NCBI GenBank assembly: GCA_044892505.1
Contig: CM097883.1
Span: 191,952,001-192,016,000, forward strand
Origin: Schmidtea nova
Taxonomy: Eukaryota
DNA length: 64,000 bases
Direction of reading: 5' to 3'
Below are positions 1 to 11,295 of the stretch, in pieces. Positions within the stretch are counted from its first letter, which is position 1, and each line of letters starts with the position of its first letter. The notes beneath the pieces were generated by a model. The model worked only from the letters and a program-made list of their open reading frames with translations, had not been told where the DNA came from and did no database searches. The translations under genes were made by a program, and so were the position numbers.

Positions 1-310
1 ATGTCAAAATAAATAGAAGTGCAGAAATTAATTAAAATTTATCAAAAATTAAAAATTAATATTCATTGGGGGAAACGGGTGTGGTTGAACGCCAAATCAA
101 AAGACGAATTCAATAATAATAATAAAAAATTTGATAAGAGACCTACAGAGAAAGTTACATTGTAAAAACAAATTAATTAATCGTTCAATGGGAAGCTCGA
201 GACAATGGGAAACCTGAGCAACGAGGAAACCCCGAGCGTATTAGAGACCCGAAAGATCAAAGTCGGAAGATTGCGAAAAGCAATTTAAAAAAATCCACCC
301 GGGCGCGAAC
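1..310 (+). repeat. Fragment of an LTR-like interspersed repeat, homologous in inverted orientation to ~49820-50150
   Basis: By eye, 1-300 aligns with the reverse complement of 49820-50150 (shared blocks aattaattaaaatttatcaaaaatt, gggggaaa..ggt, ccaaatcaaaaga, cagagaaagtta, caatgggaa, gatcaaagtcgg). Confidence 0.6.
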
Positions 311-2981
311 GGGAGAGCAACAATATAATTTGTTGATGAAATTCTTACCATAGTGTAAGCCAGCCAATAAGATCTCGGCATGACTAGAAAATTTGCGACC
401 TACATCGAATCTAAAAATTAAAATATTAAAATTTTTAGAATCTTAATTTAATTAAAATATGAAATTTTATCATTTTCAGATTTATATCCATAAATTTTTA
501 AGTTTTGTTATCTGATTTTATATTTATATTTTCTGAGTTAAAATTAATAGGAAATTAAATAAAATCGAAAAATATTGAGTTTAACATCATGATGTTTAGG
601 AACATAAAATCCATAGTAATTTTTGTCCATGGTAAGTTTTAGTTATTTAATTTATTCCAAGGGTTTTTAGTGAATTTTTCAGAGCTTACATTAAATAACT
701 AAAATAAATCGATATGTGAATTCAGAATTTCAGAGTTAATTTGCATTATTTAGTGAATGTTTCTATTGCTGAATAAGCGTTCTGAATTGAGTATTATCGA
801 GTGAATACTTGATCTTAATGGTTGTATGAAGAAATATTTTGAGTTATCAAATGAGTTGAAGTCACTTTAGCCAGTAAATTAGGCATAGATGTAGTATATA
901 AAGGACAAAAATGGGCACAGTACTTTCTATCGGTCGCCCATGAACCTACTGCACATTTGGTCAATTATATTTTCGATTGATTCGACGCTTACTTTTTGCG
1001 AATGTCCACCCATTTGTTGCAGTACCAACGCTACATTGTAGGTGTCAACAATATGGTTAACTAATGTTTTGTGTTGGGCTGTCTATGTTTTGAACCATAG
1101 AAACAATCAAGGTCATTTTGTTATCAGCAACCCATCAATGCATAAATGTTCGTTTCAAGTTAAATCAGGACGATGCTAGTAAAGTATTCATTAAAAATGA
1201 TGACGATGATGAATGTAAAAGTGATTTAGAAATATCTAAGCGCGATTTATTGATGTACCATTTCATTCTGCAAGTTGTAAAATTCATTTATTTTACTAAA
1301 TGGTTGAACATGAATTAAAGGTAGGCCATCCTACGCTACGTTGACAAACATCGGAGTAAACGCACCATTGATCATATATGATAAAAATCCAAACTAAATT
1401 GTAAATCTATTGTTTTCACATGAGTAGAAAGATCAACGAATAAAACCCCGGAGCATTTACGTAAATTTTAAACAATAAAATTATACAAGAACACATATAA
1501 AAGTTAATGACACAAACTTGCGTATTTTCTTTTCAGTTGTAGTTTACTATATTAATTTCGATTTTGATTTTACATGCGTTAGCTTTCTTCCGTCTTAGTC
1601 CATAAATTATAAACACTAAAAGAAGCGATAATGTTAGAGATGATTAAGCTGAGGACGAATATAGATAAATTTCAAAAGAATGAATTATTTATTAAACGGT
1701 TTCGATTATAGAATCGTAGAATGAGAAATAATTTTTGTAGTTCTAAATGTGTTAAGTTTTTATATTGTCAAATCAGTATTTCGATTTAATGACGAGATTG
1801 ACATTCGTGCTGATTATTTTTATTATTCTATTGAACTATTCGATTAAAAAATTTTTAATTTACCAATACATTATAAAGACAATAAGACATTCAATTCGAC
1901 TGAGAAAATATTATATTTCACTGAAATTACAAACTATTTTCATTTTGTTATAATTAACATCTCTTATTTTCACCATTGATCATTTCGTTTCTATTTCAGA
2001 AATTTTCATTATTTTGAAAGACTCACTCAACATTTATAAAGTTACACGAAGTTTTAACACAATTTTTTTCAAGTGTGTTCATTTAGTTTCTCCGATCGCA
2101 ACAACCATGTTTCATGCATTATCCGTTACAATATAATATTTTATTGTCGATGTTACATGTTGCAGCAAACTATTCATAGAAACCGGCAATCATTTGTCAA
2201 TAAGTAAGCAATCTAATGTAGCTAGTGTCAGTTTCCAGTCGGAATCAATTTAGTGCCGCGTTATACCATAATATGATTCATTTTTGTTTGAGGTCCAAAA
2301 GTCAGTAGTGAGACCAATATTTGGAATACTTTATATAAAGCTTTCTTAAATTTTGTCAGCTTCTCATTAAATATCTGTTCAATTACAGTGCTGATTGTAC
2401 GTCGACTAGGTAAATCCTAGGCCTGGAGTTGAGGAGCTAGATTTAGTACATAATGTAGTGCATAATCTTTCACAATTGTCGTCGGATGTCCTGAAATCAA
2501 AATTCACTGAGCAATAGCAACTTTCAAATCCGTATAAACTTTGTAGCTTACGGGTTTATTTAATTGACTCGACAAAAAATAAGCTATTTGCTTGTTGCGG
2601 TCAATAACGCGACAATACTTGAGAGGATGTTTGGGCTGAAGGTGATACGTCAGCAATTGTATTTGAACTATGGAAAGCAAACTGTTAATTGCAGTGAATG
2701 TAGTAAACTTTTTCGCCATCGTTTGCTTTGTTAATAGCAGTTCACTTAAAATGAGAATACTTCCTCAACTTTCCACTTAATCATGCAGCAGACAATTTTT
2801 TTAATGTTCTTTTGTATCAAATCGTGGGGTATTTTTATTCGCTATTTATATTAGTTATAAGGATTCTATAATTGGAATGCAATAAAGAAAACAAATATTT
2901 GAGTATAAATTAGCAAATTTATTGACATTTAGCGTGCATGATGTTGGAAACGTGTTTATCGCGTTCAATCGAGAAAACTTG

Positions 2982-3800
2982 CTAATAATTTTTTTGTGTA
3001 TGGTAAATCTTGAAGCAATGCTCCATGCGCAAGCCAATATTGCAATCCTCGCACCAGGTTCTTGTTTCTTTTCGTATTTTCTTCCCATCTGCACTTTTTT
3101 GGAACAACATACGGTGCATCTTGTACGAGGTTCCCTTTTCATTTGATTTGGAGAAATTTGGGATATGAAGTTCTTTTCTATCAATCTTGTTGTATTTTTC
3201 TCTCTTTGTACTTGTCGGGGTACGATTTGTAGATGTTTCAAAAATCTCCATTCTAAATTCCAAAAAAGTTTGTTTGTAACCTTTTGGAAAATAATAAATG
3301 CATTGAATATAAATTGATCGATAAGATGTCGAAACACATTCTTGGCGTTTCCGACTGGTTTTGTAATAAGAAAGTTCTTGATTAGCCCTGTCTTCGCCAC
3401 CCATTGTATGATTGTAGTCACATATCAATAGTTTTTATTACTTCGTCACCTTTAATTGATTTTACTAAAATCGACGAAGAATTGTGAATTGTGCTCGATG
3501 CACAAATTCTTTTTTTATCTTGCCACTTTAGGACCAGGACTTTGCCCCTTTAATAAGCTTTTATTTCTCCTTTCTTAATTTTTATAGCTTGAAAAATAGA
3601 TGGTAGATCCTTTCTATTTACTCGAAGAGTTCCATACAACTGTTTTGTGTTGTAACAAATAATCGGCAAGTTGGGGAGATGTATGAAAATTTACCGTTGT
3701 TACACAGTAGCCTTTGTCTAATAAAGGATCAATTAGATGTAACACATTTTTGGTAGACATAGGAAATTTGTCATATTTTTATCCATAAATTGTGTACTTT
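2982..3800 (-). pseudogene. piggyBac transposase remnant (C-terminal half with Cys-rich tail), frameshifted
   Basis: ORF 2982-3428 has YNHTMGGEDRANQELSYY and the terminal RKETRTWCEDC..CFKIYH Cys-rich motif. Upstream broken frames translate to LLDKGY..NFHTSPQLA..YGTLRVNRKDLP..KWQDKK, typical of piggyBac. Confidence 0.85.
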
Positions 3801-6392
3801 TGCTAATATAAAAATTTTTCATTATTTGTCATTGTTAGAATATTAGGACAAAAGTTGGTATCGGTCGAGGGTGGGATAAAACGTGTGTGGATGTCGTAAA
3901 AATGTAATAAAAATTCATCGAAATCAATTAAACGCAGCTATTTTATTGCTTATTAAAATGCCGCTTTTTACTCCGTAATGCCAATAAATAAATAATTTAA
4001 GAAATTCCTTCCAAATTAAGTTGAAAAAAATAGAAACTTAAACATTTTGGCACAATTTGAAAATTGTGAACAACTAGTGGTTAATGAACATTATTCTCTT
4101 CGTGTAATGTATAATGTTTTCAAGGACGTGTTTCTCAACACTTAGAAAAAATCTATTAATTTTGTAAATGAAAAACGGTGACTTTAATGACATATTCAAA
4201 ACACTTCAAAAGACTTACGTTCCAGGATGAAGGAAATAAGATAAATTACAAAATTTAATATTCAGATTAAAAATAATAATTATCAAACATCTTAAAATTT
4301 ATCATCACACCCTACTAAAATCGCAAAAATTTTCAATTTACTAGCATAAATGATTAATGTTTTATCAATATTTTACTAATTAATTATAATTTCAGAATTG
4401 CTGGCAGATGGAAAAATCGATAATAATATGATCATGATAACATTATGATCTCAATTAGCATATTAAATGCACCAATCGATATTTATTCATGTGATAAAAA
4501 TAAGATTTCGTATTAATATTTATTCATTTAAGACTAATTTGGAAATAAATAGCTATTATAATTTAGCCTCTTGATTTAACTCAAAGAATCTCATTGTCAA
4601 CCGTTGATTCATTTTAGCAAACTTTTCTGTACACATATTAATGCAAGATATCTACATTAGACTTTCAAATATGAAACAAAATTTAAATTTAACCTCTGTG
4701 TCTTTCATTTTTCTATTTGTAAAATCTGTAATGCATCTGTTGAAACACAGAGAAGAGGCATTGACATAGAGTTGAGCTGCTTCCTTTATTTGTAACTAAA
4801 AAATAATTATTAATGAATTATTTATTGACTAAATTATACCTTTGATAACGTAGCTTCAAAATCACTCTCAGAACTCATTTCATATGAATAACAAATATCA
4901 ATATTAAAACAAACACCTGAAAATAGTAATTTATCTTTCACTATTCTATTTATATTCAAATTCTTTAGGTTAATAAGTGTATTATTTATAAAATCTAGTT
5001 TTTAAAATAATTAAATTATTCAATTTTTACAATTGATTTATTATTTGATAAAATTTAAGATATATTATTTAGATATTATCTAATATAATAATTTGGAATC
5101 ACTGAAATTTCGTTAAAAGTAAAAATTCTAAATAAGTAATTGAAGACTTTCAGTTTCGATTGAGCAGTGATCTTATATTTTCTAATGTTATAGTGTTTTC
5201 TCACAATGCTGCCAGGCCTCTAATTATCTTTGTGACACGATTTAAAGCAACATAATTTAAACCGTAGACAGTACTGTTGGGCTGGCGGAATCGAAAATAA
5301 ATTTTGCTTAAATTTATCAAAAATTAAATATATACAAAGAGAAACAAATTCAAATTTTATGATAAGACATTAATCAGTAAAATAATGCAAAGGAAAATAA
5401 AACAGCAAAGTACCGCATCTCATAAGTCGGTCGAGATAGGGTTGAAAGGATAAAAAAGAGGCATCTCAGTGCAGGTCGGATATTCACACGAAAGACCGCA
5501 CGAGAATTGAATGGGCAAGATCATTGCTTATATAGTGACTACGAAAATCATGGTCAAAGAATAAAATCGTTATCAGAATAAATAAAATAATTTATTAAAA
5601 GTTATAAAGAAAATCCCATTGAAATATCGTAAAAATAACAGAAATAGGTATAAAAATTGATTTAAAATTAAAATTGATTATTTTAATCAATCAATTAATG
5701 CACAAAAAACAATGGATACACACATCATTTATTAGAATTAAAAACAACTATTTTGGAAAATAAATTAAATTATAAAGTTAAATTTATAAAAAATAAATAA
5801 ATACTCACTTATTAAAACTAATAAGTAAGTTTAAATTGCTAATATCATTATATAAATAATAACATAAGTGGGCGTCAGTAAAATTAGTATAAATAGACTC
5901 TGAAAAATCAGTCTAAACTTCCCTCGGCATTAATTTACTGAGAGAAAATTTTGACTTCGTAAGTCAGTTGTAAGGATCGATTTCAGAAGTATGTTTTATG
6001 TTTATGTTGCTGGTGTGTTGGTTAGATTGACAACTGAGATCATTATGATTTTATATGTTAGGGTGATCTCGCCAACATAAAAACATTCCCCCGCTGACAC
6101 CCATGATGTATCCCTAACTACTCATCATGTTGGTACTGTGTCAACGTTGTGAAATGACAAGGCAGGTGAGCAACCTTACGGCTACTATTCCCTTGTTTAT
6201 TCACGGGTCCACCACTACCGATAGAAGGTGTTTGTGGATTTCTTTCGGTCCCACTTATGCTCTTGTCTATTGTCCTAGGGTAATTTAGTCTTAGCGCATC
6301 TGCTGTTCTTCATGAATCCGGGTTTTAGTTATATTCAATTCTCAGACATTCCACAAACAAACAAGACAAGTCAACTCATTCATTTTATACAT

Positions 6393-7043
6393 TTATTTAT
6401 AGTTTAACAATACAGAGGGTCTAATTACATTTAGTAGTTCTCGCTCGGATAGACCACTGAGCAAGTCTACTTCTATTCCCAGGTGATCCGCATATGCGCG
6501 TCTCTCCCTACGTTTTTTCGCTCCCAAGCGATTCCTTCGTTTGGTCCTCTGCGACCCTCGTGGTATGGTTGTGGTCATCTCGGTTGCCGTGGTTACGGTT
6601 ATCTCTTTGTCGGTTTGCGTACTCGTCGTTGCTGATGTCGAAGTTAACCATTTGTTGAAGGTACTCATCCTAATCACTGGACGCAATTGCTCAACGATGA
6701 AATCTTGGGTCGACACCTTTAAATAATTGGCCAACTCTAACTTCAGGGCTGCGACCTCCCTCGCTTGTTCATCGATCGTTCGCTCCACTCTGTATCGGGC
6801 CTGTAAGATGGCTTTAACCCTCTCAGGATTAAACCACGTTGCCTTAATCCGCTGGTGCTCCTCGTTCAGTTGTCTCAAGCGACTCTCGAGGACACGGGAT
6901 CGTGCTCTATGTTCGCGTGCCTCTTGCTTGTAATTTCGAGTGGGATTTTCGTCCATATCTGAGTAATGTATCATTAACCAGGGTATGTATGCATTGTTTG
7001 GTTTCTCAGTCCCTATTTTATTGTTAAACAACTGCACCCTCAT
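6393..7043 (-). CDS. LTR-encoded ORF B, 216 aa, coiled coil plus Thr-rich linker and basic (NLS-like) tail
   Basis: Intact in both LTRs (copy 32542-33192). AATAAA overlaps the stop and is followed by a GT-rich tract. No recognisable homolog. Confidence 0.6.
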   Translation of the reverse strand: MRVQLFNNKIGTEKPNNAYIPWLMIHYSDMDENPTRNYKQEAREHRARSRVLESRLRQLNEEHQRIKATWFNPERVKAILQARYRVERTIDEQAREVAALKLELANYLKVSTQDFIVEQLRPVIRMSTFNKWLTSTSATTSTQTDKEITVTTATEMTTTIPRGSQRTKRRNRLGAKKRRERRAYADHLGIEVDLLSGLSERELLNVIRPSVLLNYK

Positions 7044-7151
7044 CCTTACTCATTCCACATACATCCAAAACCAAAACAAAACCCTTTTAAATGGATACAT
7101 ATATTTTTAATTTACAACAGATGTTCGTACATTGGGGTGTCGTCCTCGTGA

Positions 7152-7787
7152 TCAATTGTATGGTCGTAACTCTTGATCGGCCGGGTTCTCGTCTCGGCGA
7201 ATCCCTGTTTCATGGTATATTTCGGGGGCCGGATTCCAACTCAGTTTGTTTTGATAAATGAACACCTCCCAGAGGCGAAGGTCTTTGGGCTCGGGGTGTT
7301 GATCCACGGAAACACTGCCTGGGGCGTTCGGGTAAACGAAGACTTCCCCAGTGTCACCACACCGAGGCCTGTCTAGCAGCAAATACCCGAGTTGACCGAA
7401 TGCCTGCCCGGTCATCATTCCGGTGCTTAGTACCCAGCGGGGTTGTTGTGTTTCATCTACAAATTGATAGAACCATCTTTCGTATCCATCTTTGGTGGGG
7501 TTCGGGGAGGGCGTCCAATCGACATCGCCTTCCCACCTCAGCTGTAGTTGGAATGCACAGGCGGGAATACTTGCCGCTGTGCTCATATGGGTCCTTGTCC
7601 ATCGACGCAGGTGTCTACGTGCGGAGTTGAAAATTTGTCGTGGGGCCTCCTTCTCTCCTTGGATCTCAGTAGGTAATTTTTGTGTGATGACGGAGCGGAT
7701 GCGCCGTTTCCTCCGTAGAATGTACTCCTCTAATTTGACGGTTAGGGGTCCTACCGGCTCCTTCATGAGATATTCTGTTTTCATCAT
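7152..7787 (-). CDS. LTR-encoded ORF A, 211 aa, unknown function
   Basis: Intact in both LTRs (copy 33301-33936). TTTCAG acceptor 6 nt before the ATG. ATTAAA and a GT-rich tract follow the stop. Confidence 0.6.
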   Translation of the reverse strand: MMKTEYLMKEPVGPLTVKLEEYILRRKRRIRSVITQKLPTEIQGEKEAPRQIFNSARRHLRRWTRTHMSTAASIPACAFQLQLRWEGDVDWTPSPNPTKDGYERWFYQFVDETQQPRWVLSTGMMTGQAFGQLGYLLLDRPRCGDTGEVFVYPNAPGSVSVDQHPEPKDLRLWEVFIYQNKLSWNPAPEIYHETGIRRDENPADQELRPYN

Positions 7788-9247
7788 GTTGCTCTGAAAT
7801 GGAATTTTAGGTTAACTGACAGACTCTATCATCGACCATCGATATTTATGTCGATCAACCTACTTGGTTTATCGTTCTATTAGCCGTAGGCCTTAGTAGC
7901 TCGAATATAATTTACTAGGCCGTTGGTCGCGATGTTCATGTAGGTGGTGACTTTACCTGGTGAGTTGATTCACTCCGCAATTTCAGACGGTTTTAGCTAC
8001 GCTAATTTTGGCTTGTTATTTACAATCAATTTATGTTACATTTAATCTTTCACCGATCATTTTCATTCACTCAACACAGTTCATTTACAGATCATCATCA
8101 GCAACTATCAAGGTTCTCGTCACGGGGAAAATTTAGTCATCCCTTAGTCAACTGCTTTGTTGAGGAACACACTAATTTTATCTACTATCGGGTCTGACTT
8201 TTCATGCCCTTAGTGGATTATATGTATATATCTGGCAGCTCATTCGATTCACTACTGCCCCTTGGTGTTAATGTCTTTCGACCGCGATGTTACGTTTTGC
8301 CTATCTCGATTCTCATCGACTTTTGATGTACTAGCACTCCTTGAAGGTATACCCCCTCATCAAGGTACCTCATGCATATATCTTCCCTTGCGAAATGAAC
8401 TTTTACCTTGAGTTGATTTATGGTCATTAACTGTCACCCGATACCCCGTCATCGTGATGTATAGCGTTTATACTAGGCCGTCGCTACCTTGATTTAGTTC
8501 ATGATCGTTAGGTCTTACTCGATACCCTATGTGCATCCCCCTTTCCCCCCCCATCAAGTATTTAGTAAACTTATGGTCCCGCCGCATCAGCACCTCACAA
8601 CCGATAAGGTGTGTTGCACTGAGAGGCCAAAGAATCCGTCAGGCTGTTAGGCCTCCGGAAAACCTTATGGATTTTAATATGATTATAAAATTATGAGGGT
8701 TTAAATAATTAACACTAAAACTCAACCATACTTGTATTTGGATTCCAATCGGTTTTACAATGTCTTCCGTAAAAGTGACTGTTGCACTGATTTACCTTCA
8801 GTAAAAAATGACATTTTCAAATACTAATTTGACTTCAGTATTTATACTCAACCGGTGTTGTTGGTTAGCCAATCAGCATCGAGTATGTGTGTATGTTTGC
8901 TTCATTTTTTCATGTTGTCGGCTTTTTGCTGCCTAACTTAACTCACCGATTTATTTGGTTAATCATGCGGTAAATTTATTTTTTGTATGATTTAATTTTT
9001 ATTTGATTTTGTTTTAACTCTTCGGTGACATCCGCCCACGCGCTGTAATATTCCGATTTTATTTGCTTCGCATGAGTGAGTTATGAAGATTTTTGTTGTT
9101 TTTATTAATACTCTATTTCTTTTAGATGTTGCCGCCTATTTTATTACACTTTGGTGTTGGTAATTTATTTTGTTGTTATTCTGTTGTAAATTTATTTTAT
9201 TGATTGTATATTATTTTTAGATGCTGCTCGATTTGGCTGGCCCAACA

Positions 9248-9263
9248 TCACTCGGGGTCCCCT
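9248..9263 (-). other. Candidate polypurine tract (imperfect)
   Basis: Minus strand AGGGGACCCCGAGTGA directly abuts the 3' LTR. It is only partly purine. Confidence 0.4.
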
Positions 9264-9447
9264 AAAATTGCGTCCCGCAATTACATGCATATACTTACAT
9301 CAACATGCATAAAAAGTTCGTGACAGAACTTACATGCAAAACCACATAAGGTGGTAGCTTTTATACACATTTTTACACATACACATTGTCATTGTCATGT
9401 TTATATTGTTACACAGTTCAATGTTTCTGGCTCATAGGGGTCGATTT

Positions 9448-9972
9448 TCAGGTCCTTTCACTGGTTGACTGCATTTCGTATCGGGCTTGGGTTTGTCGCA
9501 GATGACTTCTCATTCTTTGTTGGGTTTTGGCTTCTCTTCTGGCGCATCTACACATTATCGTTTGTTGTTGTTTGAGGCTTCTGATTCGGTACAGGGTATA
9601 CGTGATCACTATGATCAAGATGATTGTCAATATGGTCATTGTGACTATTCCCACGATGATCCATCTGTTTCGGATTTCGGATTCGATTTGGGTTTGACCT
9701 TTGATTGGCTTTAGGTGATCTTGAAATGTTCTATGGATTTCTCGGATCTTCTCGATTTGATTGAGTAGGGTTTGTAAGGGTTTGCGATGATCATGACTGA
9801 TTCGCATTTGCCGGATTAATTGTTTCAAGTCTTCTCTGACTTCGTTTAGTTGTTTTTCGATCTCCTGGGATATCTCATTTGACAGGGTTCTTTGGATTTC
9901 GATTGTCGTACAGTTCGTGATTGCTGCTGTTAACATAATAGTTAGGATTGGTAGGGTTTTGAGCCAGTTCAT
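9448..9972 (-). CDS. 174-aa predicted type I membrane protein (signal peptide, helical ectodomain, TM, basic tail)
   Basis: Hydrophobic N-terminus, TM WIIVGIVTMTILTIILIIVITYTLY, basic cytoplasmic tail. CAG 2 nt before the ATG. Confidence 0.75.
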   Translation of the reverse strand: MNWLKTLPILTIMLTAAITNCTTIEIQRTLSNEISQEIEKQLNEVREDLKQLIRQMRISHDHRKPLQTLLNQIEKIREIHRTFQDHLKPIKGQTQIESEIRNRWIIVGIVTMTILTIILIIVITYTLYRIRSLKQQQTIMCRCARREAKTQQRMRSHLRQTQARYEMQSTSERT

Positions 9973-10045
9973 TTCTGATTATTCCACTGATTAATACAGG
10001 TTACATCGATTTGTACATTTTTACACACGGATTTTTCGCCTCTTT

Positions 10046-11206
10046 TTACACATCCGTCTCCTCTGGTTCATGGAACCCTTCATCTTGAAGTTCCATTGGT
10101 GGTGGTGGTATAAACGGTAACCACACCACTCTACTTCTCCACATTGCAATTTCGTCTTGATACGTTCGAGAGATTTGTATTTCTTCATCTAACAGATACT
10201 CCATGTAGTCTGATTGTTCGTTCAGAGTTTCGATTTGTCTTTCCATTTCTTCCACTTTTCTCTTCAGGGCTTCTGTTTCTGTTGGTTCGGTTTCTATTTC
10301 TGGGGTTTCTTTCTCTGCTTTCAGGGTTATTATCTGCTGTTTCAGTTCTTCGTTTTCTTTCGTCAAATTCGTTATATTTTCCTCATACGCTTGGTTTGAT
10401 TCCGCATGTCTTTCCTTCACAGCTTTCAGTTCCATTTTCTTTTGAGTTACTACTCCTTGGTAGCCATTTACATCTCTTTCCAGACTTTCTTTTTCCCTGA
10501 TCAACTTTTGTCTTTCCGCTTCCTCTTTCTGTCTAATGCCTCGCATTTCTCCCTTTATCGTCTGTATTTGCCATTGCGTTTTCTTTAGTTCCTTTGCTTG
10601 TTCTCGAATAAATCGCTGTCGTTTTCGACTCCATTCTTTGTTTGTCTGTTCTTGTCGCTTTCTCTGTTCCAATTCCTCCTTCAATTCGTCTATCTCTTGA
10701 TACAATTTCCAATCTTCGCTGTATGCTGTCCTTCTGATTATCTCTTTGGCTTCTTTATATACTCGTTTCGACTCCATCTTCCAATGTCTCGCTTGAGCTT
10801 TGATAGGTAGTAGTTTTACCTCCATCTTTTCTTCTTGTTTCTCCCTTTCTTCTCTTCGCGTTTTCATCATATTTTTATAATGTTCTGCTTGTTTCCTCAT
10901 CCACTGATAGACCTCTTCTATCTTCTGTCGGCTTCGTGAATTCGTTCCTTTTAGCTTCTCTATTTGTGTTGTCAGTTGTACTATCTCTTTATTCACTTCC
11001 TCGAGTTCTAGTTGATATAACTCCATTCGTCTTTCGCATTTTAGTTTCTCGTAGAAATTGTTTGTCATCACTTCGTGTAATTCTCTGGTTCTTTGTTCCA
11101 CTTCCATTTTACATTTACTTTCGATTTCTCTTTCTATTGCTTCTCGTTCGTTCGCCATCTCGTTTTTCGTTTCATCTTCGATTACATGTTCATTTGCGTT
11201 TTCCAT
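10046..11206 (-). CDS. 386-aa coiled-coil protein ending in ETDV
   Basis: Long E/K/R/Q-rich heptad ORF. CAG 1 nt before the ATG. Confidence 0.8.
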   Translation of the reverse strand: MENANEHVIEDETKNEMANEREAIEREIESKCKMEVEQRTRELHEVMTNNFYEKLKCERRMELYQLELEEVNKEIVQLTTQIEKLKGTNSRSRQKIEEVYQWMRKQAEHYKNMMKTRREEREKQEEKMEVKLLPIKAQARHWKMESKRVYKEAKEIIRRTAYSEDWKLYQEIDELKEELEQRKRQEQTNKEWSRKRQRFIREQAKELKKTQWQIQTIKGEMRGIRQKEEAERQKLIREKESLERDVNGYQGVVTQKKMELKAVKERHAESNQAYEENITNLTKENEELKQQIITLKAEKETPEIETEPTETEALKRKVEEMERQIETLNEQSDYMEYLLDEEIQISRTYQDEIAMWRSRVVWLPFIPPPPMELQDEGFHEPEETDV

Positions 11207-11295
11207 TCTGTAATTTACAAATTTACACTTGTTATACTATATGTTTATTGTTGTTGTCAATTTTTACACTTTATTTACAGGGTCGTTCACTCTGA

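Larger units (their letters stand above)
6008..9247 (-). repeat. 3' LTR (3240 bp)
   Basis: Near-identical to 32157-35398. I saw about 6 substitutions and a 2-nt poly-C length difference. Confidence 0.97.

Noticed and set aside
5276-5800. Possible solo LTR starting TGTTGGGCTGGC
   Set aside because: No second terminus or TSD could be fixed.
6004-6008. 5-bp TSD ATGTT, or an LTR starting TGTTG at 6005
   Set aside because: The 5' LTR copy begins matching at TGCTGG. Only a start at 6008 gives TG...CA ends and a matching (4-bp) duplication.
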